A stretch of 63,997 bases of DNA, filler included, from Perkinsus olseni (taxonomy: Eukaryota), in the NCBI GenBank assembly GCA_013115125.1. It is 18 parts of 18 records of this genome, joined end to end, with 100 filler letters (N's around TTAATTAATTAA, not from the genome) between each part and the next. Parts side by side here need not be neighbours in the genome. Positions count along the whole stretch, not along the records: positions 7,238 to 10,739 come from JABANN010001389.1; positions 10,840 to 14,337 come from JABANN010001390.1; positions 14,438 to 17,934 come from JABANN010001391.1; positions 18,035 to 21,530 come from JABANN010001392.1; positions 21,631 to 25,120 come from JABANN010001393.1; 13 more parts are not named here. One strand, given 5' to 3'. A program made the translations under genes and the position numbers. Position 1 is the first letter of the stretch. Every line of letters begins with the position of its first letter. Positions 10,606-23,948 of the stretch are shown piece after piece. The notes below the pieces were generated by a model. That model was not told the origin of the DNA, searched no databases, and saw only the letters and a list, made by a program, of their open reading frames with translations.

Positions 10606-12042
10606 AGTGGCCATACTGCCGTATCGGTCGTCTACTGATCTCCTCCAGTTATCTGGTTCTGTTGTTCCCGCTGAGTTTGACTTATTCTAGTATTTCCATG
10701 GAAGTATAAAGTAAGACGTGTGAATTAGAGTTTCGTTTGNNNNNNNNNNNNNNNNNNNNNNNNNNNNNNNNNNNNNNNNNNNNTTAATTAATTAANNNNN
10801 NNNNNNNNNNNNNNNNNNNNNNNNNNNNNNNNNNNNNNNGTAGTTAATCTGGGGCTTGAAGTTACCTTGGGGTTGTTGAGGCTGATCTGTACCGACCTTG
10901 GGGCTAGCTATTAGCTCCTTGTTATCAAAGACTACCCTCGGACTAGGACTTGCACCCTGGTGCCTTATCGTCTTCATGGAGGTCGAGCCCCAACCCTGAT
11001 CGTGCAACGAACTCTCCCTCATCAACTTGTTCTGTCTGGTGTCGAGCTGCTATAACACCCCGAGGCCTGCTATGTCCATACATTCAGCTGCTCTCACTAC
11101 AGTGTGGCTATTTGAGACGGAGCTCAAAGAAAGGCAATACGGACTCGTTATGAACTGATCGATAATGAGATTCTGCAGCATAATCTAGAACGCATACTCA
11201 TGCACGCGAGTGCACAGCGCAGAATGAGGCCGAGCTGGCATCTGGAACTAATAATACAACAGAGACAATTGCAGCGATGATGACCTAACAGCTGGATAGT
11301 TCTGGAGTCGATGGCAACTGTTACATGGCGTACACCGTAGTCGTCAACGTGCTGTCATTATAGTGCACGAGTGACGGAGACCTCAGCTTAGCTTATGAGT
11401 GTATGCGTTCCGCGATCGACGAAAGCTCCGACTCATAAGTACGAGAGGGGTACAAGAATATACACCTCACGAAGCTGATGCATGGGTAGACGTTTTGTGT
11501 CGTGGAGAGAGATGAGAAGCGGGTCTGTTGCTTCTCCGTTGTTGTTCTGACCAACTTGTTCATAGGCAACGCGAGACGGGAAGGAGTTTTAGCTGTATTT
11601 TCTTCTCTTTCGAGCTCACTCTCTTGAGAAGCCTCAGCTATGCGCGTGTACAAAGGCGATCGGCGCATAATGAGTGGCGGGGTCAAAGGGCACGCCACGG
11701 GAATGAGAGCTAATAAATTCCATATCGATAGCATGGACCTTCTGAGTGCCGATTGCAGAAGACCATCGCAGATTCTCGTGGGCAGCTCAATAGTTCCCAG
11801 ATGAGGAATGGGAGTGAGAAATCGAGACAGAGAGCTGCCGGTGATGCGCAGACGACTTGCCAACTCATCCCATGCCGAGGATTCATGAGGAATTCATTGT
11901 ACATTCGTGAACAGGTAGTCAAGTCTCCCTGTAATTGGGGTTTTCAGTCACTAATAACTCAACACACTCCGCATCAATGGATTAAAAGCACCGTAAGGTA
12001 GATGAGTTACGAATTATCAATAGTTTTCGAGACACGCATATT

Positions 12043-13101
12043 TCAAAAAGGTTGCGATATGTTTGGCGTGAGCACAGGACTAAAGCCGGCAGGAATTGAG
12101 TACATAGGAGCGATATGAAAAGAAAGGTTTGTAGACACCTCCGAGGCCATAGGGGTCATTCTTGGGAAAGCGGTCCCTGTTGGAGCCGCTGAGATAGGAG
12201 AGCTCCCCGGCTCATTTGCCCGGGGCGGCTGGGGATGGACTTTCTGGGGATCCCCAGTGGATCTCACTCTTCTCCGTCTACCACGGCCTTTAAACGGAGA
12301 GAATTTTGATGGGAATCTGCTGTCGAAAGGGGAATAGGCGATGAACTCGTCCGGGTCATCCTCCTGCCACCATCCGAGTTGGCATTGTTCTCCGAATCTG
12401 TCATCAAATGGTGAGCACACAACTAGCCCTTTGGCACGTTTATGCGTACTCGTCTTGGGATGGTAGCGACCGATTTTGGAAGTGAGTACCACAAATTTCG
12501 CATCGAATGGGCTCACCGACTCCCATCCGCAGGAACTTTGCACGGTTGGCCTTTTGGTCAGGTGTTGATGATAGGAGCGAATCTGCCAATTCTTCGGCTT
12601 CTCTCGAGACCCACCAGATGCCTTCAGATATTTCTTAGCAAGCCTCATCCTTTTTGTATTGCGTAAGCGGCGTCGCCCATCCGACCTCCTCCTTGAAGGC
12701 CACTTAGTAATCCTCTCAAAATCTTCAGAAAACGGGCTGTATGCTTGGAAGCCTTCGATGAAGCGAGGCTCATGAGCCATATAGAAAGGGAAGCGCTCGT
12801 CGAAGGGCGAGAAGGTCTCGAAGATACTCTTAGGGACCCTCTCCTTGTGGTGTGGTTTGTGCCTTATACATGTACAGTCCTTCACACCGCGACGACGCCT
12901 GGCCTTGCGCTTCCTGGGTACACCACCGAGCTGTTGACGGACATCCGGAGCCACAACACTGCCCGAGACGGCCCTCGTAGAGAATCTCTGCGTTCCTCTG
13001 TTCAGACTGCCATCATTCCACAACAGGAACCCGCCGGAAGCCCCTCTAGCGGGCGCAGTAGGAGCCGAGTATGGGCCAAAGGCGATCGGTGCTCGGATCA
13101 C
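12043..13101 (-). CDS. Large exon of an unknown basic protein with repeated SPF(D/S)xxF motifs
   Basis: 352-codon open frame. Plausible upstream Q/H-rich exons with GT-AG ends lie at about 13200-13280 and 13400-13500. Confidence 0.65.
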   Translation of the reverse strand: MIRAPIAFGPYSAPTAPARGASGGFLLWNDGSLNRGTQRFSTRAVSGSVVAPDVRQQLGGVPRKRKARRRRGVKDCTCIRHKPHHKERVPKSIFETFSPFDERFPFYMAHEPRFIEGFQAYSPFSEDFERITKWPSRRRSDGRRRLRNTKRMRLAKKYLKASGGSREKPKNWQIRSYHQHLTKRPTVQSSCGWESVSPFDAKFVVLTSKIGRYHPKTSTHKRAKGLVVCSPFDDRFGEQCQLGWWQEDDPDEFIAYSPFDSRFPSKFSPFKGRGRRRRVRSTGDPQKVHPQPPRANEPGSSPISAAPTGTAFPRMTPMASEVSTNLSFHIAPMYSIPAGFSPVLTPNISQPF

Positions 13102-15149
13102 TCCAGGCTGAACAACAGTGCTTGTTGCGTCCGAAACAGACTGGAGACGACTCTGCTGGCCAATGCCACCCAGGGATCCTTGCGGGGGAAGCGCGTTACC
13201 ATTCCAGTCTATGACGGCCAGCGGCTGATGCTGCTGTTGCTGCAGATGATGAGCCGGAGCCGACGCTTGTAGTGGGAACCTGACGACAGAACATGAGCAA
13301 ACGAGCAGCGCATGGAAGGTATCCGGTATTCTAGATCAGTACAGGCAGTATGATGTGACAGGGGAAAGACAGTTGATGGGCGTGGCAGGAATTATTACCA
13401 TTGAGAATGATGCTGTTGGTTGAATGCATGCGCGTACTGCTGGGAAGTTGTTGGACCTTCAGGCTGGTTGAGAGCGTTTTGGGGATGCTGCATTATGGCA
13501 ACCTCAACATCTTTGTGAGACGGCTGTGATTCGGCCACAAGCCCGACAGGCGGAGCGAAGCGAGTCATGCAGAATGCCTTCACCCATTCGCAGGTCACTT
13601 GGATTTGAGGCCGTATTCGAGTTACTTGTAAAGTGCCCCAGTGCTTCCTGGAGTCGGAGCCATCATTGCTAAGGCGACATTGCCCAAGTCCGATCATACA
13701 CGATAGTCAGCTGTGTCCAGCAGGTCTCTCAACCTGAGACCGGCTATGGAGACAGGATGCTTCCACTACGAAGCCGGAGACTGCGCAGACTCACTCGTTG
13801 CTGCCATTCCTTGAACGTCATAATCTCGCCACGCCCTTGTCTCCCAGCGGCACTTGGTAGTTGCTGGGACCATAGAGGCAGCACAGGCATTGGCAGCGGT
13901 TTGGTTGTATCTGCAGGGCTCCATCTCCCCAAGAACGGCGAACCTGACAGGAGTAACGATGCTAGCGCGGAGACCGCAGCCTCGCGCACTCCACCTCATC
14001 CAGAAGGTGGGGCTTTCCGCTGCCATTTTCGAGGCGACTCATCACACCATGCACCTGCCACCGGTGTAGTATCGCTTACGACGTTCGGAGCAACAACCGT
14101 TCATGCTAGCACGGATTCGCAGCCAATTGTCCTACTGAGGTAATTCCCGCAGGGTTTTATCGACGGTGAAACCGGCGCGAAAGGGGACGATATTTGTGTG
14201 CTAGCAGCATTGGCTAGAGCGCTAGCCAGGACGGGTTCACCTTCTCGTAATACTGGTCGTGGTTAGGGTGTAATATTCTAGTACTGTCGCGGTACTACCG
14301 CGGTATATCTTCCTCGACGAAAGGGAGGCGGTTCTGCNNNNNNNNNNNNNNNNNNNNNNNNNNNNNNNNNNNNNNNNNNNNTTAATTAATTAANNNNNNN
14401 NNNNNNNNNNNNNNNNNNNNNNNNNNNNNNNNNNNNNAGCGAGGTTAGGAAACCCGAGCTTTCACTCGAGTGCCTCCGATTTGGTCGAGATGAGTCGGCA
14501 AGAGATTATGGATGCTGAATACACCAGTCCGTTGCTGATCTCGGAGTACCGAGGGGGTAATGGCCGTTCAGCCATCTGCAGTACCGGTGCAGTCTGGTGC
14601 CGCGAGGGCCCTGGGTCATCACAGCGATTCCTTTGCTGCTACCAATGCAAATACCGGAGACTTCGTGACACGTCTCTAATGGTAGGGCTAAAATCCTTCT
14701 CCCGTTTCCGTAGTACGGAAGCAGCTCTGCCGCAGTGACAAATCATGTGGGTTATAAATTCTGTGGCATCGCAGCAGGCATTTCAGTGATTGCACTGTTT
14801 ACGCAGTATAACGTAAAAACCTCACGTTCTCCTGAGCGCAACGCGCTTGCTATGGCTTGATCTCTGGACTTCCGAAGGAATCCTGATCTTCGGAGAATTT
14901 TGGAAGGACGCGATGGAGTTGAAGCGCAGGGGAGTCATTGGCACTGAGAAGTTATCCACGATCAACCTTTTCGTTCGTTCGAGAATCGACTCTTCCTGAC
15001 AACTTCCTGATATCTACCGAAGGACTGACCGGGGTGCACTAAGGTGGGGAGCAGCATGTGCCACGCGGAAGGCCCTTTTGTCGCGAGGACGCTTCGTTTC
15101 TGACTATACTTATATGCACGACAGCTGCGACGAGCATGGCACAGAGTGG

Positions 15150-15270
15150 CAGGTCTTGGATGAGAGCCTTCGCCGACAGGATTGGCCCGCACGTATTGCT
15201 TTGGGGTCGTGTGACTCTTGACGAGGCGCATCGCATCAGTAACCGTAGAAATGAGCACAGCCAGGGCCGG
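15150..15270 (+). pseudogene. Possible SNF2/Rad5-16-like helicase fragment
   Basis: WGRVTLDEAHRISNR resembles the W.RVILDEAH.IKN Walker B motif. No other SNF2 motifs were found nearby. Confidence 0.35.
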
Positions 15271-15744
15271 GTACTACCTAGGCACACTCGCAGCGGTGCT
15301 GAGCAGAATATATTTGTCATATCAGAAAGATTTTGGTATCCAACGTTGGCGGCGACGCGACGATTCGTCGCAGAGGTGACTAGCAGGCACCGACTTAGTG
15401 GTAGCCTAATAAATTTAATCCAGTGGTACTCTTCCGTAATGTCAATCGTTACCTGATTCGCATTGTTTCTACCCATTAACGTGCGTTGTTCTCCGCTTAA
15501 CGAGGTTCCTGCTGCGGATATGCGCGAGTAGGGGTTGGATATTCGCTTTTGTAGTTCGAAAGTGGCCGAAAAGGGTATTCGGCCTCTTCGAAATTCGGAA
15601 TCACTTCACTCTCCATTTCATGAATTCTTATCAGGTACCTTACGATTCCTCCGAAGCTGTTGACTGTCGAAGTCCCTCGATAACCAGTGCGACTAAGAGA
15701 CCAGCTTCGATACTCGGAAACTTCTCTTTCACCTGCAACGTTAG

Positions 15745-17934
15745 CGTCCATCTGTTGCGTTCTTAACAGTCAATGGGTGGAGTTATCTTGGAACCTCTTA
15801 CTGGTACTGCACCAATCGTGGCTGCTCTGCTAGTCTTATTGTAAGGGGTGATACTGACCAGGGCCTATCGCTGGTGACGGTTTCAAAGGGCAAAAAACCT
15901 CATTCCTGCGAAGGCCCTTCGGCTGCCGTCAGTATCATACGGGAGACTCTTCGCAACAAGGCTTCTGGTGTGAAGGCCCACGTCACGATGCGGCCTATTT
16001 TCGACGAGGTTGTTGCCGCAGCTCCTAAGGAAGTCATAGAGCAGCTGCCGCCGATAAAGACCTGTTTGAACACGATGCGAATGCAGCGTAAGAGAGCAGA
16101 TCCTACCCCAACCGCTCCAGTATCTAGAGACGGTTGGTCCATCCCTTCTAAGTATCAAACGGCAACTATTGGAGGTGAGGAATATTGTACCCTAGCCTTT
16201 GATTCTGGTTTGACGAATCCTGATCGTATCATTTGCTATTTTAATCCGGCGGCTCTGCAGGAACTGAATACTAAGTGCTCTGAGTTTCACATTTCTTTAG
16301 ACGGAACTTTTGACTACTGTGCTCAAAGGTGGACTCAGCAGTACACCTGTTTGATTAAGAGCCCTAATTCGGGGAAGAGGTTCCCAATCTTCCTATTTCT
16401 CTTGCCGAACAAAAAGTTCGAAACGTACTATTTCGCCCTTTCTAAACTAAAGGACTTCTTACATAGACCAGTAGCGAGCTGTACTTTAGATTTCGAACCT
16501 GCCGCAGTGAGTGCCGTCGAGGCCATCTTTCCTCATTGTACAATCTCTCTGTGTTACTTTCATCTGTGCAAGAATCTCATAAAACAATTTAAAAATCTCA
16601 AGCTTTTGCAAGACGAAATCGGCTTCAAAGCTTACTACAATATGGCCTCCCTTCCTCTCCTGCCCCCAGGCCTCGTTTTGAAGGGCCTGGATGCCGCAGT
16701 TTCTGAAATTGATGTGCGCCAAGCTGCTCTCGTGAAAGCGTATTTCATTAACACTTACGTTGGTGAAGTTTTCAAACCGGCTCGGTGGTGTACCCGCTAT
16801 CGGGTACACGCCAATCTGGCACGCACGAATAACGATATTGAGGGGTTCCACTCGACTATCGCTAGCAAGTTCAACCGAACCCATCCTGTGTTTTGGACTT
16901 GGGCTGATGCGGTGAACAATTCCATGGCTGGTGTTTACGTTGATGTGGTTCATGCCATTCGCGGTGATAAGCACGTTCGACATCCCATCGATGTCATACA
17001 CGATGCTCGGATTCAAGAGTTCGTGTTCACAAACGTGCCCACCATTGACACTGATATGGCCGAATGGTTGTCCAAAGCGAGAGCAATCACACGCGCTGTC
17101 GCTCCACGGCCTGAGGACAACCGGCAACCAACTACGGATGGGTTTCCTTCCCCGCAACCTCCCACGTCACAGGCGACGAGCTACGCTCCTGAAGAGGACA
17201 CGGTGAGGATCGGCGAGGTAGCGAAGGAATTCTTGGACGCCAGTCAAGCGAGCAATTCGACTGCTGGGGCCTCACAACCTGCATCTACGAAGCGCCGTCG
17301 ACGGGGTACAGTGGCCTCCACTAGTTCGACTACTGGCAGAACTTTCGCAGCTCCCGATTCCACCATTGTATCGAGAGTGTCCTCGTTCCTCGCATCCGTT
17401 CGGCGCAATTCCAGCAGGCGGCTTTCCGGCACTCTGTACAGAGATGACCTGGTGGGCCTCTTGACAACTGGATCATTCGTGGGTGCGGGTGCCGTTGACG
17501 AGTTTATGTGTGTTCTGAAACGCCAATGCGGTGACATTCTATGTGAGCCTCACCCGCTGTCGGACTTCCACCCTGTATCAATACGTGATCGAGGGTACCC
17601 GCAAGCACCACAAGGCGATGGTATGGTCCTCCAACCGCTGCATGTAGATCGCTGCCATTTCATTGGAATGGTCCGGTCAAACGGACAGGTCTATCTGATT
17701 GATAGCTTATCTATGGATCACGCGGTGTCAGCTGACGTTCGTCAAATTGTTACTCATTTCTTCGCTTCTAATCCTCCGTCATCTCCAGTAGTAGCTGTCT
17801 TCCTCGGGCTTCAGCAGCAGAGCCCATTATCTAACTTGTGCGCGGTTCATGTTTTGGCCCGGTTTGTTGACATCATTCTCGGAACCCCTGATTTTAGTGA
17901 CATAGTGTATGACGAATCTCAGATGCGAGAGCAC
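15745..17934 (+). mobile_element. Mutator-like (MULE) transposase with N-terminal FLYWCH/WRKY-like finger and C-terminal Ulp1/C48-like protease; 3'-partial
   Basis: YWYCTNRGCSA...HSC, then SLDGTF, LDFEPA..AV..IFP....LCYFHLCK and RTNNDIEGFHS, then CHFIGM, LIDSL and QQQSPLSNLCAVH. The frame is open from a probable acceptor AG at 15744 to the contig end. Confidence 0.9.
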
Positions 17935-18466
17935 NNNNNNNNNNNNNNNNNNNNNNNNNNNNNNNNNNNNNNNNNNNNTTAATTAATTAANNNNNNNNNN
18001 NNNNNNNNNNNNNNNNNNNNNNNNNNNNNNNNNNTTGCTGTCGTCGATGTTTTAGAATAGCCGCTGTGTTGTATTTTGCCAGTCGAGAGGTCTAGGGGAA
18101 GCGGTTCCATTGTCGTGCGCAATACATGCCCGAGGAGTGTGCCGCCCGGGTAGCCTGCGCAGGGTACATGGGTTCCCTGAACGAAGTTAACAGCAGTGGT
18201 GCCAATTGTCCTTTCGGGCAGCAGCAGCATTCACGCATCGCTGTATTGTGGGCGGGTTTTCCGCGGAAACACACAGTCGCAGAAGCAGTGTCTCTGCGTT
18301 TCTGCGTACTTGTGTCCTGAGTAGTGCATCGCGATTCATGGTTCTCAAGCGCTCCTGGCTGGGTCCTGTTAGTTTTTCAGTCCATTTTGTCCTGCTCCAA
18401 GTGCCAAAGGCTGAGCTATCTTGGATTTTTCCTAGGTAGTTTCTCTTCACTTGGTCCTTTCCTCCG

Positions 18467-21280
18467 ATGTCCTATCGTAAGGTCTACAAAAAGGTTAAAA
18501 GTTCATCTCAAACAACACGGCACTTGTTCCTGTCGCCCTGCGGTAGTGTTGGGGGACTCATTGAATTTCGCCTTGCCTGCAGTGACAATCACGAATTGAT
18601 CATAATATTCGGGAATTCACTTTCGGGCTCGGATGTTCGCTCGCACGTGTTGTTGCTATCCATGAGGTATGTACTCGAATCAAAACTCGCAATCGTGAAC
18701 GTGAAATTACCAACAACTGGCCCTGAGTAACAGGGAATGGCTCGATCAATTCGCCCTTGTTGCCTCGCGGTTCCAGCTGCTGCTAACGATCCATACAACA
18801 CCGTCAATACATCCCGCTGTCCTTACGGGAAGGGCGTCGTCTGCCACGCCAATGTTTGCGGTCTTTGAGTGCTCAGTTGAGTGCATCACCGGCAGTAATG
18901 GTGTTATGTCAGGTCACACTAACGGTATCACGGACCTCGAAGGGTTACGGCGATTTCTTAATGATCCCTACGGTCTGATCGATTGCCTCATCGAAAACAA
19001 TTTCACGTTCGTTTCTTTTGAGACTGCTGAGGACTCGGTGCGATGTAGAGACAGTTTGCCATCTGGAATGTAAGCTAGGAGTGGAGCTTCAGGGAATCTT
19101 AGGTCGATGATAGGCCTTCATGAAAGAGGTTAAGGTTTACTAAATGGGAGCGGCGTTGTGTAGGAAACTATTATCAAACTTTTCGAACTCTCATCTGATG
19201 GTTGTGAGGATAGCCGTGCAGTAGATACGGGAAGAAAATGTTCAACTTTGCCTTGTCGCCCAGGTTGCTCATTAACCTATCCTTGAGCACAGGACAGGGT
19301 TCAGGAAATTTGTACGCGTTAAAAAACGATTTTCCGGGTGGTTCAATATTATCACCTCTCAGACGGGCCGAGTTCGTCACTAAGCGGGGTGACAGAGGCT
19401 CATCAACATCAGAGTCTGTATCAACCACCACTGATGAGCTTCCGCCAGGCCTCACGGTTATACCCGACTTCATAACGGAGGAAGAGGAGAAGAGGCTGTT
19501 GGCCGTAGTGGATGAAGGGGAATGGGATGAGACCATAAGAAGGCGGGTAATAGTTCAATCGTGGTGTATAAGGTTTGGGTTGTTGGACCAACACAGAATC
19601 TTCTTCGACAAACCCGGGTTGTTGGCTTATCGATTCGCCGGGGCCTTGCTTTTACTCGTATTTGGCCGCGCTAGTGCTCGCGATGCCGTTTGAAAAATGT
19701 CTCCGCGTTTCATGGACTAAAAATAGTTGTTACAGGAGGTATTGGTGCTAGAGTGAGAGTACTTAGGACAGGAGTTAACGCCTAGCTTTCGTCGCTGCTC
19801 GCAGAGTTCCACATTGGCCGAGATAATTTCACATTACTGGTTGGTCGATTGTAATGTTCCTTGGTACAGCGAGCTATACATGGTACGATTAGTCACGTCT
19901 TGGACGCCGCCGGCTTAGCACGTCAATAAATAATACTATTTTCTTGCCGTCGGGGTGGTCGAGGTTGACGATATATCATTGAAAAGGGTTTCGCCATTTT
20001 TCCTCGTAGGGAACGATCCAGACGAAAGTACGTACGAATTCTGAATCGCCGGGTTCTGTTGCATACCCCCGGGTGAAACTCGACCCGCCGGAGTTTCTCC
20101 CACTATTTCGTGCCGATGTGACAGCCGTGGATTGGACGTTCGTCGCCGTTCGTGTGAAGGTACAGCACTTTGGTCATGCTTTCAACTATGCTTCTCTGCG
20201 GGCTGAAGATGCCGACTTGAAAGGCGAAGCGATCATGCCTGCGTATACTGAGGAGTTGGTTAGACGTATCCGGGCTAATAGCGTCGACGAGGCACGGGAC
20301 TTCGAACCTGATCAGCTCACGATAAATGAGTAGTACTTTCTCTCGAATCGTGAAGGGACTGCGGGTGTAGGTACACACCGGGAGTTGGTATTGCCTTTCA
20401 TGTTGATACGCATTCGGCGTTTGAAGGACCGATAGTGATACTGTCGATTGCGGGGGGTAGGAGGGAGAAGCTGGTGGTGTGTTCATCATGGCGTGAAGTG
20501 CATACTGATGCTGAGGGAATGTTTTTAAGATGTACGCGATGTATAAGGGAAGCTTCAATCGGCACTGAAGGGACTGAGAAAGTTGAATTGCGTGACGGAT
20601 TTGTGGGAAAGTAGGTAGTGGTTGATCTGGTTTTTGGTATGTTCTTATTATTCTCGCACGTCGGGTTGGGGTTTTACCATTTTATGGTATTCAGGAAAGC
20701 CTTTGTAGCATGTAATTCTTATAGACTCTCTGGACGGACAAAATCCCGCAATTTGAGAACGGCTTCTTGTGAGCGAGGAAACTACTTTTTACTATTGACT
20801 ATCTTCATTTGACTGGGGCTCGTTGATGGTGCAGCCGTGAGTATCTTAGGTTGACTCAGGTATTGTGTTGGAATTCAGGAAGTCAGAAGGGGAGAAGGAG
20901 GAGAGGGCATTGCCGTTGTGGTTGCCGCGGAGAAGCTTAGCGGTTATGGGAGGAGAGTCGAGGTAAAATTTCGCGCGCCACGAAATTGTTTATCGCTTTC
21001 GAGCCGTTCAATAAAGCAACTCTGAAACTCAGAACTGATTCTTACGCGTAAGATGCGGCTCCTGAATCGATCCTGAGTTTTGGAGTTGGTTTATTGAACG
21101 ACCTCAGACTCTTCATCGCTGTCGTTGTGGTGTGAAATAAAAAAGGCGGAGCGAAGCTGGTCGTCTGTCGTTTTCAGATTTGGCTGGGTGCACGGTATAG
21201 CGGGTAGGAAGACTGACAGGGTCGGGCCTGATGGGAAGCTCGTTGGACGGCATCGACGAATATCTTTGACGTTCAGACAG
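18467..21280 (+). CDS. ALKBH8-like RRM plus AlkB 2OG-Fe(II) dioxygenase, multi-exon, probably 3'-partial
   Basis: Exons read PGLTVIPDFITEEEE, RR|VQHFGHAFNY, PDQLTINE|YTPGVGIAFHVDTH (HxD), LPRRSLAVMGGESR and WVHGIAGRKTD...RRISLTFR, with GT-AG introns. Confidence 0.9.
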
Positions 21281-21630
21281 GTAATGCGCACAGCGAAGCT
21301 CGTACATTATAAAGGGAGAATCTTTCGTCGCGGATATCTTGCGCGGTTGTACATGAAAAGTGGTTAAGGTTCAGAGTTGTGTGTCGGGAGGCCCAGGTTC
21401 AAATCTTGGGTTAAGTAAGTTCGTTCGTGGCTTCAATTTGAAGTGGGTTTTGCTGGGTGTATATGCCAGTCCTTCTTGAAGGCTTTGAATGTAGTGACGC
21501 GGTGGACAAGCTAGCCTGGGCAAGTTAGCTNNNNNNNNNNNNNNNNNNNNNNNNNNNNNNNNNNNNNNNNNNNNTTAATTAATTAANNNNNNNNNNNNNN
21601 NNNNNNNNNNNNNNNNNNNNNNNNNNNNNN

Positions 21631-21929
21631 CCATCAGTCCCACTGATGAGAGAATCTTGGAAGGTCGCAGTTTTACATCCCTCGACGGCAAAGTGAGGCT
21701 TACACGAGGGTTGGATGAGGATGGAGAATTCAACTGGCGCATTTGCTACGAACAGATGGAGGGCGATTACTGTAAACCATCCTCCGTTAAGAATAACGAA
21801 CACATCATCAGGAGCCAGCTTGATAACTTCAAGGGCACGTTCTACGACCTCGACCCTGGCCACGACGACCATATCATCATGTTGGCAAATTTCCTGGATA
21901 AGACTGTCCTACTAGTAAGAGAGAAGTGA
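21631..21929 (+). CDS. C-terminal part of a hypothetical protein
   Basis: Open frame with coding-like composition, ending ...LDKTVLLVREK*. The start is lost at the contig edge. Confidence 0.45.
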
Positions 21930-21969
21930 GATAGAACAATGCATGCTGTTAATAATGGAGATGCACCTG

Positions 21970-22222
21970 CATTACGTGTAAAACAGTTTTACGCCAGTGT
22001 AATTACGCGAAATACGCGAAGTGAAGTGTAGAAAATACACTCCGCCTAATAACACATGCGAAATACGCCATTACGCGTGATCACGCGGACGTATTACGCG
22101 TATTAACGCGTAGTACGCGTAATGGCATGTGTAAAGCGCGTTTTACACTTCGCGCAAAAATATCGCGTATTATATGCGTAAAACCACGTGATATAACGCG
22201 TAAACACATGCTATCATGCGTA
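21970..22222. repeat. Dense TACGCG/CGCGTA array, probably a transposon subterminal region
   Basis: Many ACGCG/ACGCC/ATGCG-type motifs in both orientations in an AT-rich background, downstream of the SWIM-transposase module. Confidence 0.6.
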
Positions 22223-22340
22223 CTTAGATGGCTGCCGTAGTCTATTATGAATCCAATCGGCACTTCTTAAATTCAAAGCACTCCTGGATCACAGAAACTC
22301 AGACAAAACACGTTTCAAATGGCACACACGAGTCTGTCGA

Positions 22341-22700
22341 TCACTTCCTGCGGCTCTTACGAGGGGGAGCCTTGCTTTTAGCCTCAGCTTTAGCCTTGGC
22401 TTTGGGTTTGATTGCACCTTGCCGGCGTTTGCGATCTTCACGAAGTTCCTTCTTCTGATCGTTCAAGCTGGGATGCCCTTCCACGTCAATGGCGGGCTCT
22501 TCTCCGGAGTTTGTAGAAGCAGCTTGTTCCCCACCATCTAGCTCAGCATCTTCTAGCAGAACGTTAGATGTCCTTCCCTCTTCGATGAGCGTGGTGAGCA
22601 GAGTCTGCATGCGGTCGAAACCTTCCACCAAACTGCCGTTTACGTTCTTGAGGGAGCTGGCGATAGTAGCAAGTCTTTCGTCAAGCCGCTTGTACCAGTA
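22341..22700 (-). CDS. Terminal exon of a hypothetical protein with a Lys/Arg-rich tail (possible transposon accessory gene)
   Basis: Helical segment followed by the NLS-like KPKAKAKAEAKSKAPPRKSRRK. Confidence 0.45.
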   Translation of the reverse strand, partial: YWYKRLDERLATIASSLKNVNGSLVEGFDRMQTLLTTLIEEGRTSNVLLEDAELDGGEQAASTNSGEEPAIDVEGHPSLNDQKKELREDRKRRQGAIKPKAKAKAEAKSKAPPRKSRRK

Positions 22701-23948
22701 GGACTCGGTAGTAGCTATAGGGGTCCCATCAAGCAGTATAACATGACTAATCCAAGCAACTGGAAGTAATCTATGCAACTTGTGCTAATCTATGCTTGTA
22801 ACGCAAATCCAAGCAATGCCACGTATTCTATGCTAATCGGCTATGCCATGCAACCTGGGTCCTGCGCTTAGATTTACACGGTACTAATTAAGGACAGTGG
22901 AATCACACTAGAGCCTTGTGGGTTGGTGTATTAATTTAATTAATTTAATTAGCAATACCACAAGTAATTTGCAATGAAACAGTTAGTTGAGCAGCCTTTC
23001 CCCAGAAATGGTATACGCTCTCGCAGGGAGATCAAGACTCTGCGCAATTCGAGCACCCACACATCAAGAACTCGTACATCATGGGACATGCGAGTCTCGC
23101 TCATAGAATCACAAGAGCGGGTGATATTCACTGCTGCTATCGCTGGAGACACTCGCTTCAGAGCAATCATCAACATGCTCCGACAAGTGAGAGCCTGACC
23201 ATATCAGAAGATCGATTATAACGTAGTAATACTAGGTAGTCTCGAAACGATTTGGTAAACCAGCACAACGACGTTGTTCTGTTGTGCCACAGTCGTGGCA
23301 ACGTGGATTCCTCTGTGGCTCAACGTGGATTCCTACCCGTTTCCTCAATCTCTTCCATAGGCGAATCAACTACGTGAGACTGAGTGGGGAGACGCAGCGG
23401 TTGATATTCATTAGTACTGTCACTCGACTCCTGCTCTTCGCAAGACGATTCATCCTCTGAGCATTGACGGTCCATGCGCGGATGCCGGATGAATCACTCC
23501 GATTAGCTTACCTTCGGAACTATCTGAGCCGCCATTAAGCGTAACATAGTCATCGTCGCTCGATACATCCGTACCAGATAGAAGCGAGCCGATGCCTGTC
23601 AGGAAGGTAGCCAGTGCTGCACTAAAACTTGTGAAAGATTGATGGTCGTACTTGATTCGCCGTCTGAAAGATTTCCCGCGTTATTTACAGAGCTGTCGGT
23701 CAACTCTCCATCTGAAAGATTGTCGTTCTTTTGAGCATATGATTCGCGCCATGCATAGGATTATACTCACCATCCTGTGGAATTGACACTGCAGAGTTGT
23801 ATCGACCTAAAACCCCACGATTCCGTGCAGTTGCTCGTCCACGCCGCAAGCCAGCCATTCTTCTATTTTCTGGGATGTACCTAAGGCCCTTAGGGTACCC
23901 TTAGGCTAAGGGTGCCTAGTAACAAAGTATAAAGCCGATGTTCTTCTC

